The translations under genes were made by a program, and so were the position numbers. A stretch of 30,493 nt of DNA from a virus. Its lineage: Duplodnaviria; Caudoviricetes. Positions 17,846 to 26,923 of the stretch are shown in pieces; position 1 is the first letter of the stretch; every line of letters starts with the position of its first letter. The notes under the pieces were generated by a model. The model was given only the letters and a program-made list of their open reading frames with translations. It was not told the origin of the DNA and searched no databases. Location of the stretch: positions 1 through 30,493 of IMG/VR virus record IMGVR_UViG_3300012667_000144; one strand, 5' to 3'.

Positions 17846-19401
17846 GCTGTGCGCTGGACCCATTCTTCAACAGTCCAAAACGGCTTAACGAGATCTTGAT
17901 ATCTCGATTCGTTGATATTTAGTACTTTTTGTCCTATGGGCAATAGTCGTTGATTTACTTTGGCCATGGTAGTGTAGTCAAACACTTGTAGACCTTGTAA
18001 AACCATCAACCAAGCAGTATGCGAATATCCGTTAACATACGGTTCAGGGTCAGTACACATATAATATCGTTTCCACCCTGCTAGCTTTTCTTGCAAACTT
18101 TCAGGAATACGATAGCTATCATACGCATGACTCTTCCAAAAGTCAGTATCTCTACGCTGTCCTCTGTAGTGCAACGCTAAGAAATCTCTAATATCTTCAG
18201 TGACGTGCCATACTCGATCGTTAAATCGATCAACTCTAGCTGGATCTATTTCTGATTCAAACGGCTTCCACAAGTCAAACAACGCCCACAAGTTCTCGAT
18301 GATTACACCGACACCGTTAGCTTCTAAAGGCTCTAAGAATCCGCTACTCAGCCCAATGGCAATAGTATTGTTACGCCATGCTTTTTTCATAATACCCGGC
18401 GTGAAACTAAAATTTGCAATAGGTTCAATATGCTCACCAAACTTCTGCCTTGCTTCGTCTAGTGCTTGATCAAGTGTTAAGTGGTCGGGATCATAAATGT
18501 AACCATTACCTGACCGATGTCGCAAATTAATATTCCAAGACCATCCGTATTTCATAGCAGTAGCATTAGTAGTTACTGAGTATTCAGGTTTGTCCCACCA
18601 TGCTACAACAGCTCTAGCCGGGAAGTAATTAGTGTAATCTACAATAGGCTCTTCATATACTTTGCCAACAAGCAATCTAGCAAACCCAGAACAGTCGAAG
18701 AACCAGTCACCTTCTAATTCTCGTTGCCCGTCTAGTACAATGCTAGTGATGTCACCTTGCTCGTTTTGTTTAGCATGTTGATATTCGCCTTCTACTAATT
18801 TAATGCCTCTAGATAGTGCTGTACTCTTAAAGTAGGCAGCACCTGATCTGCTTTCAAAGTGCCACATAGGAACACAAGGTAATTCAAAGTTTGAAGCACC
18901 AAACGGTACTTTGTTCCCTTCAATAAACTTGTTAGCATAAAATGCTTTTGCTAGGGGAATGTTGTTAGCAAGGATTGTTTTTAGATAAACATCTTTCTCT
19001 CTTTCAGAGTTAAGGATACTAAACACTGTACCTAAGTTTAACTCTTCGTCAGGAGCTTTGTTAACATAGTCAGTCCAGCCGTCGAGCCACGGAGCATAGT
19101 CAGTTTGCAAGCAATGAATAAACTCACTACCCACACCGTTCCAGTCTTTAAACTTACCGCCTAGCTTAGGAGTAGCATTAACTTCTCGAACAAAGTGATC
19201 ATTGTCAATTTTTAAATGTCTTAGTAATGCAACGAATGTAGTAGTGCCACTCTCGCCTGCAATGATTGGAGGACGCTTAGGATCTTCTACTACTGTAATA
19301 TCAACCTTGGGCCAGTTTCGTTGAATGAATAAAGCAGTTAACCAACCGGCAGTACCGCCGCCTAATATTACTGCTTTAGAATTTGTATTTAATTTCTTCA
19401 T
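17842..19401 (-). CDS. Flavin-dependent halogenase family, FDH2 (divergent)
   Basis: GGGTAG, IIAGESGT, NATPKLG (catalytic Lys position), FDCSGF, GWSWNIN and FLEPLEANG. Confidence 0.85.
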   Translation of the reverse strand: MKKLNTNSKAVILGGGTAGWLTALFIQRNWPKVDITVVEDPKRPPIIAGESGTTTFVALLRHLKIDNDHFVREVNATPKLGGKFKDWNGVGSEFIHCLQTDYAPWLDGWTDYVNKAPDEELNLGTVFSILNSEREKDVYLKTILANNIPLAKAFYANKFIEGNKVPFGASNFELPCVPMWHFESRSGAAYFKSTALSRGIKLVEGEYQHAKQNEQGDITSIVLDGQRELEGDWFFDCSGFARLLVGKVYEEPIVDYTNYFPARAVVAWWDKPEYSVTTNATAMKYGWSWNINLRHRSGNGYIYDPDHLTLDQALDEARQKFGEHIEPIANFSFTPGIMKKAWRNNTIAIGLSSGFLEPLEANGVGVIIENLWALFDLWKPFESEIDPARVDRFNDRVWHVTEDIRDFLALHYRGQRRDTDFWKSHAYDSYRIPESLQEKLAGWKRYYMCTDPEPYVNGYSHTAWLMVLQGLQVFDYTTMAKVNQRLLPIGQKVLNINESRYQDLVKPFWTVEEWVQRTA

Positions 19402-20878
19402 ATCTTTCTTTAAGAATGTTTATGGCCTGGCGGTGTGTAAACACAGGCTCGTTGGCTGCAATCATATTGCCTTCGGCAATCATGTTGTTCGATATTGTAG
19501 TAAACATATCCATGTGCTTTTTATACTTTTCATCAATTGCTGAGTTATTAAACATGCCTAATCCGTGCATCACTTGTGCATAGTTTAAGTGTGAAAACAG
19601 TTGCATCGGAGTGTTGAAATACATAACATTAGGAAAGTTATTTTTAAAATAGTCTAAGTACTGTCGGTTAAAATCTGTTAGAGTTAATTCGTTCTTACAC
19701 CACTTCCAAAATTCAGTATCTGTTCTGTTTGTAAAATAATGTAACTGGATAAAGTCTACAATATTCTTAGCGATAATTTCCATATCGTGATTATACTTGT
19801 TAGAAGTTAACTCTTCACCTTTAGAGTAAAAGAATAAGGACGGTACTAACATAAAACATTGCTGTATCGTAGTGCCAATACTAGATGCCTCTAACGGTTC
19901 AACAAATATTCCGCTAAGTCCAATAGATACACAATTCTTCATCCAGAACTTATCCACATAGCCTGCGCCAAACTTTACTTTACGACCTACTTCAATATTA
20001 TTAGTAATACCTAATTTCTCGTAGTATTCAGAGACTTCGTCATAGGCTTGTGTTTCGTTAATAAAATTATCACAAAATACATAGCCGTTACCATATCGTT
20101 CCTGAGTTGGGATACGCCACACCCAGCCGCTGCCTAGTGCTGTTGACTCAGTGTAGGATGGAATATCTTCAGTATACCCTGTAGGGAAAGCAATGGCGCT
20201 GTTCATAGGCAACTGATTAGTACAGTCTATCCACTTAGCTCCTAACTTAGATGCAATAACTCTGCGGAATCCACTACAGTCAATATAGAAGTCGTACTGG
20301 TGAGTTTCGCCAGTCTTATCAATTAGTGAATTAACATAGCCTTGTTCGTCTAGCAATACTTCGTTAATTTCAGTATCAACGATTGTAATGTTTCGCTCTC
20401 TGCATAGGCGATGCAAATAGTCATTAAGTTTAAAAGTATCAAAGTGATACTGACTTAAGATACCGTGCAAAGGTTCCACATGTTTACTTTCTTGAGATAG
20501 TCCCCATGCAGTATCTAACGGATCCCAGTTCTCTCCAACCATTCTAATCCAAGTATGCGGCAAGCCGTTTTCTTTAGCGTGTCCGCCGTATTGTTCACTT
20601 AGACTGTGGAAGTAATGCGAGCCATCGCCTTGCCAATTGGTAAACTTAATACCCATTTTAAAAGTAGCGCCAGCTTCTCTAATTAGATCAGGTACGCCAA
20701 TGCCCACATGGTCAATAAACTTTTTCCAATGCTCTGTACTGCCTTCACCTACCCCAATGATGCCTAGTTGACTAGATTCAATCATAGTGATTTTAAGATT
20801 AGGCCATGCTTTTCTCATTATTAGGGCAGACACTAGACCACTAGTTCCACCTCCTAAAATACATAATGAATCTATCAT
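19376..20878 (-). CDS. Flavin-dependent halogenase family, FDH3
   Basis: GGGTSG, GVGEGST, GATFKMGIKF, IDCSGF, GWVWRIP and FVEPLEASS. Confidence 0.9.
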   Translation of the reverse strand: MIDSLCILGGGTSGLVSALIMRKAWPNLKITMIESSQLGIIGVGEGSTEHWKKFIDHVGIGVPDLIREAGATFKMGIKFTNWQGDGSHYFHSLSEQYGGHAKENGLPHTWIRMVGENWDPLDTAWGLSQESKHVEPLHGILSQYHFDTFKLNDYLHRLCRERNITIVDTEINEVLLDEQGYVNSLIDKTGETHQYDFYIDCSGFRRVIASKLGAKWIDCTNQLPMNSAIAFPTGYTEDIPSYTESTALGSGWVWRIPTQERYGNGYVFCDNFINETQAYDEVSEYYEKLGITNNIEVGRKVKFGAGYVDKFWMKNCVSIGLSGIFVEPLEASSIGTTIQQCFMLVPSLFFYSKGEELTSNKYNHDMEIIAKNIVDFIQLHYFTNRTDTEFWKWCKNELTLTDFNRQYLDYFKNNFPNVMYFNTPMQLFSHLNYAQVMHGLGMFNNSAIDEKYKKHMDMFTTISNNMIAEGNMIAANEPVFTHRQAINILKERYEEIKYKF

Positions 20879-22350
20879 AGATTATATCCTTTTGTTCGGT
20901 CCTTAATAATATCTACTGCTTGCCTGCAAGTATAGAAAACATCAGATTCTAATGTTGGAACACTTGCAACTTGTGCAACTGATGCTTGGGTTAAATGACT
21001 ATGTAACGCATCGTAACATTTCTTAACATTAGGAGCATCAAACATCCTAAGCCCGTGCATAACTTGTACCCAGTTTAAAATATCATAGATATTATAATTG
21101 TTTACAGGCAGTGCTAACTGATTAATAAAGTTCTTTTTAAAAATTTCTAAATGTTCTGCATTAAAGTCAGTCATTTTTAAGTTAGTCTTGCACCACTTCC
21201 AGAAGTCTGAATCGTTGCGTTCTGTAAAGTAGTGCAGTTGAATAAAATCTAAGATGTTAAACATAACTTCGTCAAAGATTTTATTGTAGTGTTTTGCAGT
21301 AATAGTATCGTTGCGGTCCCATGTTGAAAGCGCACCTGCTAAGACTCTTACTTGTTGTACTGTGGTTGAAATACTGCTAGCTTCTAATGGTTCAACAAAG
21401 CTACTGCTCAGTCCAATGCTGACACAGTTCTTAATCCAAAAACGATCAATCTTTCCTGAAACAAAATTTACCTTACGGCCAATGTTAATTGCGTCTGGAA
21501 ATAACTGCTGTATTTCGTCAAGTGCCTGTGTCTCAGAAATAAATTGATCACTGAACACATATCCGTTACCAAATCGATCTTGTACTGGACTACGCCAATG
21601 CCAACCACTGCTTAACGCTTTGGCTAATGTATATGGGGGCAACTCTGCTTGATATGAACTAGGAAATGCAATAGCACTGTTCATTGGCAAGTGCGCAGAC
21701 CAGTCAACCCAGGTCGATCCTAACTTGCTACTGATTAATCTACGAAACCCGCTACTGTCTACAAAGAAATCTGCAGAGTATTTTACATTGTCTTTATCTA
21801 CAATAGATTCAACGAAGCCTTCGTTGTCAATAATTGCATCAACAATTTCAGCATCAATAACTTTAATGTTTCGTTCTGAACATTTTCTTAAAAATAAACG
21901 GTTTAGCTTTTCGCTGTCAAAGTGGAATTGTGAAAAGTTTTCAGCAGCCGGAACCATACCACTCATAGCCAAGTTCCAGTGCAGCTCTTCAGTACCAACA
22001 CCTTCACTAATCATTCGCATCATAGTGTATGGAGTGCCTGTATAGTTGTCCATGTGAATTAGATATTCAGGCAAGCTGTGATAGTAACTTGTACCGTCAC
22101 CGTGCCAGTCTTCAAATTTAATGCCAGCTTTTAATGTAGCACCTGCATCTCTAATAATTTCCCAACTTTCAATACCTGTTGCCTTAGCAAAGATATCCCA
22201 ATGCTCAGTACTGCCTTCTCCAACCCCAATAGTTCCAATCTTATTAGACTTAACTACTGTAATGTTTATACTAGGCAACGATGCTCTTAAGTATAATGCT
22301 GACATCAAGCCGGCATTGCCGCCACCTAACACAATTAAATTCTTTGTCAT
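20875..22350 (-). CDS. Flavin-dependent halogenase family, FDH4 (close paralog of FDH3)
   Basis: GGGNAG, GVGEGSTEHW, GATLKAGIKF, VDSSGF, GWHWRSP and FVEPLEASS. Confidence 0.88.
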   Translation of the reverse strand: MTKNLIVLGGGNAGLMSALYLRASLPSINITVVKSNKIGTIGVGEGSTEHWDIFAKATGIESWEIIRDAGATLKAGIKFEDWHGDGTSYYHSLPEYLIHMDNYTGTPYTMMRMISEGVGTEELHWNLAMSGMVPAAENFSQFHFDSEKLNRLFLRKCSERNIKVIDAEIVDAIIDNEGFVESIVDKDNVKYSADFFVDSSGFRRLISSKLGSTWVDWSAHLPMNSAIAFPSSYQAELPPYTLAKALSSGWHWRSPVQDRFGNGYVFSDQFISETQALDEIQQLFPDAINIGRKVNFVSGKIDRFWIKNCVSIGLSSSFVEPLEASSISTTVQQVRVLAGALSTWDRNDTITAKHYNKIFDEVMFNILDFIQLHYFTERNDSDFWKWCKTNLKMTDFNAEHLEIFKKNFINQLALPVNNYNIYDILNWVQVMHGLRMFDAPNVKKCYDALHSHLTQASVAQVASVPTLESDVFYTCRQAVDIIKDRTKGYNL

Positions 22351-22796
22351 ATTAAATCTACAATATCAAAAACAGTTTGTAATTTAGTGCGGATAGTTTT
22401 ATTGCTAAAGCTATTACGCAATCCTTGATGCAATGGCTTTGGAGCCCAATCTATTGTAGACCATGCCCATGCACAGTGCTCATCGCTTAGTGTAGGAACG
22501 AATTCTTTTTCAACAACACACAAGTAGGTGTGGAAGTTAAAGACAGTATCGTTACTGACGAATGTTTCAATAGGGAGTGTTTTAATAATATCGGGCATGA
22601 AGCCGATTTCTTCAACCATTTCTCGTTGAAGACCTTGCCATGGGTTTTCGCCAGCGATGTTAGTACCGCCAACAAGGCCCCATGTGCCTTGGTGTTTGCC
22701 TCTTGATTTTTGGACTAATAAGAACCTGCGACTAGTTTTAGCGTAGATCAATGCTCCGCTACATACTATTTTATCTGTTACAGTTCTAGTCTCCAT
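22347..22796 (-). CDS. Nudix hydrolase
   Basis: Intact Nudix box G-TNIAG-E-NPWQGLQ-REMVEEIGF (GX5EX7REUXEEXGU). Confidence 0.9.
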   Translation of the reverse strand: METRTVTDKIVCSGALIYAKTSRRFLLVQKSRGKHQGTWGLVGGTNIAGENPWQGLQREMVEEIGFMPDIIKTLPIETFVSNDTVFNFHTYLCVVEKEFVPTLSDEHCAWAWSTIDWAPKPLHQGLRNSFSNKTIRTKLQTVFDIVDLI

Positions 22797-24205
22797 TCGC
22801 CGGCCTTATATTCACCTTCAAAAGATTTAGTCCACGAAACATTGTTCCAGTAGTACTGTATTCTTTTACCATTGTATATATTAGTTTGATAGAGGTCTTG
22901 GTCAGGTTCTTGAGCGTCGAAAATTACCTGCCAATTAGCACCGTCGTATTCGATAATGTCGTTAGCATACGCAGTAAAGTTACCCCATGCGTCTGTATTT
23001 TGGGGAATATCTTCAATGATTAAGAAGCGATCACCTGCTGTCTCACCAGTCATCCCGTTTCCTGGATACACTTTAGTAGGATCAATAATAGCGTCAAATG
23101 TACCTAACTCTCTACCGCCGTTCGCACTACGATCACCTGGCGAAGGCAAGTCATCGTTAGGGTTTACATTAATCCAATCACCGCTGATAATCAGTTGTGT
23201 AGGATCAGTTAGATCAATTCCAACATACCCCCAAATTTCTCCACCACCGGGTTGTACTAAAACTAACTTACTTGATCCAGGAACAAACTGACCCGGATAA
23301 GAAGCAAACACAGTATCCCATGCGATAGGGGTACCTTGTCTAATAGCAATTTCTAAACTAGGAGCTCTAGGTAGTGCATTTTCAGTTGCACCTAACACTG
23401 CAATATACTTGTCGTATACTTGTATTCCAAAATCACTGATAGTAACAACATCTCTAGTTAGTTGGTCACTCATAGTTGTAGTACCACCGCCTGCTAGATC
23501 ATTACCATAACTATCAACACCTGTCCAGCCGCTGTCGGCTGCACCAAAGATACTAGTAATGACACTAGTAATAACGCCAAGGTGCTTAACCTTAACAGGA
23601 GGACTTAACCAAATTGGAGTCTCTAAGTTTAGTGTAGCAACATCAATGTTAGACTCTGCACCTTGGGGTACTTGTCTACTAGACCATGTGATGTCTTTAA
23701 GGTCTAAGACTGTTAAACTAGTCCAGTCAATATAGTTGTCACTAGTTTGTAATTCAAGACTAGGATTAAACAACACTAACAACTGCTCAAGAATTTGTAA
23801 CTTCTGATCAGTGTTAGCTGCCCAGATGTCTGCCTTCATTGTGAGTGTAAACGGTGTTGGCATTAATCGTTCAACTGTATAATTCTTACCTTGGGTGTTT
23901 AAGTATTCGTTGTTCTGTGCATCGTATGCTCGCTCACGAATGTTCAACTTACCAATGTGAGTAGCGTCTGCTAATCTTGCACGATCCATAGCAAGGCTAC
24001 CGATGTAGACTGCAATTCGAGGAGTTGAGTTAACAGCGTTCTCAGAGTTTTGTCTAATGATACTTGCAACTTGTCTATCAGGGTCACCGTACATTACTGG
24101 AATTCTATGTAAGGTGCCATCACCATATTTTACTGTGAAGTTACTTAACGCACGAATAGTCTGCGTGATGTATCTTCTAATCTGTCCATCATAAAAATGT
24201 AGCAT
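22778..24205 (-). CDS. Tail terminator / sheath stabiliser (T4 gp15-like) with C-terminal extension
   Basis: HFYDGQIRRY, IPVMYG, PTPFTL, QKLQILEQLLVLFNP. It is adjacent to the gp13/gp14-like genes. Confidence 0.8.
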   Translation of the reverse strand: MLHFYDGQIRRYITQTIRALSNFTVKYGDGTLHRIPVMYGDPDRQVASIIRQNSENAVNSTPRIAVYIGSLAMDRARLADATHIGKLNIRERAYDAQNNEYLNTQGKNYTVERLMPTPFTLTMKADIWAANTDQKLQILEQLLVLFNPSLELQTSDNYIDWTSLTVLDLKDITWSSRQVPQGAESNIDVATLNLETPIWLSPPVKVKHLGVITSVITSIFGAADSGWTGVDSYGNDLAGGGTTTMSDQLTRDVVTISDFGIQVYDKYIAVLGATENALPRAPSLEIAIRQGTPIAWDTVFASYPGQFVPGSSKLVLVQPGGGEIWGYVGIDLTDPTQLIISGDWINVNPNDDLPSPGDRSANGGRELGTFDAIIDPTKVYPGNGMTGETAGDRFLIIEDIPQNTDAWGNFTAYANDIIEYDGANWQVIFDAQEPDQDLYQTNIYNGKRIQYYWNNVSWTKSFEGEYKAGEWRLEL

Positions 24206-25374
24206 TACACATCCGCCTGCGGTTTAAGTTTAAGAGCTTGTGAAAGACTTTGTCTTTCTTCAATAACATCGCCACCGATGGTATTTGTATTTGTGTTGTT
24301 AATGAAACTAGTTTTAAGAGTCTGTCTAGTATCATTGTTAGTCATAGTCATACGCACATTGTCTTCCATCTTAACCCAGCGAAGCCCGTCATAACGGAAC
24401 AGTCTATTAGGTAAAAAGTCGTTGCGTAAGAAGTAATCGTCTTTGGTAGCGCCATCCGGAAACTGTGGCCCTAGTCCAAAGGCAGCGCCATTCATCGGAA
24501 TGCCGTCACCTAGTAAGTAACCACTGTAACCATTACGCTCGGGTGCTGGGGAAGTATTGGCAGCTAACAGCGCAGAAGTAGCATCAATAGTAGTAGCATC
24601 CGCAGTACTTAATAAAGTTTTGCCAGTTTCGTCTACTGCTAAAGTATAGAACTGCCTAGTCTCGTAACCACTCATCGGAGCATCTGACTCTGCTTGGTTT
24701 AAGATAGCATCGTTAATTTCTAATTCTTTAGCACGACTACTTAGAACACTTTCTAGTGTAACGCCTGCAACTGGATCTCCGTTAGCATCCAATACTTGTT
24801 GTTTAAGAATGTCGTCAAACTGTTGACCGCCAGTGATCTTTTTAAGTTTTAATCTATACAAATGTGGGAACCAAGTTGAGCTAAAGCCTTCACTAGCACG
24901 GCCCACATCTTCAATTACATAATAACGAGGCAGCGCAAAGTCGTGGTCGCTAAGTGCAAACTGATCACGCAAGTGCGGCAACTCTAGCACATCTCCGCTA
25001 ATAGGTTTACGGCCGATGTACTTGATAAAATCGTTAATGTGTACCGTCATGAACAGCGTGTCGTTATCAATAAACAAACCGAACTGACTTAGGTTAAAGT
25101 CGATGTTTTGTACATTATACAAGCCACGAATAGTGTACACGCTTTCATCATATTTTCTATCACGATTTTCTAAGAACAACATATCTTGGATATTAGTTGG
25201 ACTTTGTACATCGTACACAGGCTGATCAACAGTACCTGTTTCAGGGTTTTTAGGACCCAAGTATTTGTGGAGGTAAACATCAGTTCCGCCCGCTTGAAAC
25301 ATTTCTGAAATCTGGCGATCGATGAACTTGTAGTCGTTTCCTCGTTCTGGTTTGTATAGAGATAATCGTGGCAT
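24205..25374 (-). CDS. Neck / head-closure protein (T4 gp14-like)
   Basis: GGTDVYLHKY, LSQFGLFI, GRKPISGDVLELP. The start is placed at ATG 25374 (MPRLSLYKPE) because the longer ORF runs through the promoter pair. Confidence 0.7.
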   Translation of the reverse strand: MPRLSLYKPERGNDYKFIDRQISEMFQAGGTDVYLHKYLGPKNPETGTVDQPVYDVQSPTNIQDMLFLENRDRKYDESVYTIRGLYNVQNIDFNLSQFGLFIDNDTLFMTVHINDFIKYIGRKPISGDVLELPHLRDQFALSDHDFALPRYYVIEDVGRASEGFSSTWFPHLYRLKLKKITGGQQFDDILKQQVLDANGDPVAGVTLESVLSSRAKELEINDAILNQAESDAPMSGYETRQFYTLAVDETGKTLLSTADATTIDATSALLAANTSPAPERNGYSGYLLGDGIPMNGAAFGLGPQFPDGATKDDYFLRNDFLPNRLFRYDGLRWVKMEDNVRMTMTNNDTRQTLKTSFINNTNTNTIGGDVIEERQSLSQALKLKPQADV

Positions 25375-25378
25375 AACA

Positions 25379-25400
25379 ATATTTATCGCCGCATAAATAT
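25379..25400. promoter_or_regulatory. Back-to-back divergent late promoters (ATATTTAT-cgccgc-ATAAATAT)
   Basis: A perfect 8-bp inverted repeat provides ATAAATA on each strand, between the divergent gp14-like and gp13-like genes. Confidence 0.75.
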
Positions 25401-25415
25401 ACATGGAGAACTAAT

Positions 25416-26183
25416 ATGTCAGATTCTACATCATTAATTGAACGCAACAAGGTATTTGAGTATGTCCGCACGATGCTGGGCGACGGCATGGTTGAGGTAG
25501 AACTAGACCCTAAGCATTACGAAATTGCACTTACTCGTGCGCTAACACGCTACAGACAGCGCAGTCCTAATGCAGTAGAAGAAAGCTACAGTTTTCTAGA
25601 GTTAATTAAGGATCAAAACGAGTATCGTTTACCGGATGAAATCATCGAAGTACAAAGTGTATTCCGTAGAGCAATCGGTTCACGCAGTGGTTTGGGTGCA
25701 GGCGGAACATTGTTCGAGCCGTTCAACTTGGCGTACACAAACACATACTTAATGAGTGGTACTATGATGGGCGGCTTGGCAACTTACGAGTTATTTGCTG
25801 GCTATCAAAAGCTAGTAGGTCGTATGTTTGGTAGCTATATTGAGTTTAAATGGAAGCCTACGAGCCACATTTTAAACATCTTACAGCGCCCATTTGCAGA
25901 AGGCGAACAGATCCTAATTAAGTCTCATAACTATCGCCCTGACTTTGTCTTACTAACTGACATCTACGCAAAGCAATGGTTGTACGATTACACCCTAGCA
26001 GTATGTAAACAACAACTTGGACAAGCTCGTAGTAAGTTTGGCAGCATTGCTGGCCCTGGCAGTGCTATTACATTAAACGGTTCTGCGCTACTCAGTGAAG
26101 CAAAAGAAGAACTAGCAGCCTTGGACAAAGAGCTCGAAACATATATCGCAGGCGGAACTGGATACAGCTTTGTAATTGGTTAA
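25416..26183 (+). CDS. Neck protein (T4 gp13-like head-tail adaptor)
   Basis: LGDGMVEVEL, WLYDYTLA..K..LG.ARSKF..IAGPG..ITLNG..L..EAKEE. GGAG SD upstream. Confidence 0.85.
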   Translation: MSDSTSLIERNKVFEYVRTMLGDGMVEVELDPKHYEIALTRALTRYRQRSPNAVEESYSFLELIKDQNEYRLPDEIIEVQSVFRRAIGSRSGLGAGGTLFEPFNLAYTNTYLMSGTMMGGLATYELFAGYQKLVGRMFGSYIEFKWKPTSHILNILQRPFAEGEQILIKSHNYRPDFVLLTDIYAKQWLYDYTLAVCKQQLGQARSKFGSIAGPGSAITLNGSALLSEAKEELAALDKELETYIAGGTGYSFVIG

Positions 26184-26191
26184 GAAATAAT

Positions 26192-26220
26192 TTGCTCTTG
26201 TAATAAAACTGTTATATACT
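26192..26220 (+). promoter_or_regulatory. Sigma70-like promoter TTGCTC-N17-TATACT
   Basis: Intergenic with a 17-nt spacer, upstream of the dNMP kinase gene. Confidence 0.55.
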
Positions 26221-26242
26221 AACAACAATATTAGGGGGCTCT

Positions 26243-26923
26243 ATGATTATAGGCGTATGCGGTTTTATTGGTTCGGGCAAGGATACTATTGCCGATTACC
26301 TCACTAACTTCCATGGATTTAGAAGAGAAAGTTTTGCAAATACTTTGAAAGATGCAGTTGCACAAGTATTTGGTTGGGACAGAACAATGCTAGAAGGGCG
26401 CACTAAGCAAGCCCGTGAATGGCGAGAGCAAGTTGATCCGTGGTGGGCAGAACGCTTAAACATGCCAGAATTAACTCCTAGACTAGTGCTACAACTATGG
26501 GGTACAGAAGTATGCCGCAAAGGCTTCCATGATGACATTTGGATTGCCAGCTTAGAAAACAAGCTACGCACTAGCACAGACGATGTTGTTATTAGTGACT
26601 GTCGTTTTCCCAACGAAATTAAATCAATTAAAAATGCAGGTGGTATTGTTATCCGTGTTAAACGCGGTGACGAGCCTGAATGGTACAAGGATGCTGCCGA
26701 TATGAATGCCGGCGATCGTTGTTTAAATTACGCATTAGCTAAAAGTAGAATGTCTAAGCTAGGAATTCATGCTAGTGAAACAGCATGGGTAGGAACCAAG
26801 TTTGATGCAGTGCTAACTAACGATGGCACTATTGACGAGCTAATGGCTAAGATTAAAGATCTGGTACAAGATCCCCTTGCTTCCAGCGAACCCCTTCCTT
26901 ATGAAGAATCCGTTGGCAGTTAG
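26243..26923 (+). CDS. Deoxynucleoside monophosphate kinase (T4 gp1-like)
   Basis: P-loop GFIGSGKDT, SFANTLKD, TPRLVLQLWGTE, ISDCRFPNE and HASE. Confidence 0.92.
   Translation: MIIGVCGFIGSGKDTIADYLTNFHGFRRESFANTLKDAVAQVFGWDRTMLEGRTKQAREWREQVDPWWAERLNMPELTPRLVLQLWGTEVCRKGFHDDIWIASLENKLRTSTDDVVISDCRFPNEIKSIKNAGGIVIRVKRGDEPEWYKDAADMNAGDRCLNYALAKSRMSKLGIHASETAWVGTKFDAVLTNDGTIDELMAKIKDLVQDPLASSEPLPYEESVGS

Noticed and set aside
25375-25404. Longer N-terminus MYIYAAINIV for the gp14-like gene
   Set aside because: It runs through the divergent promoter pair. MPRLSLYK at 25374 is the more plausible start.
26921-26923. Stop-codon reassignment, prompted by rare TAG use
   Set aside because: Genes are unfragmented under the standard code, so there is no evidence of recoding.
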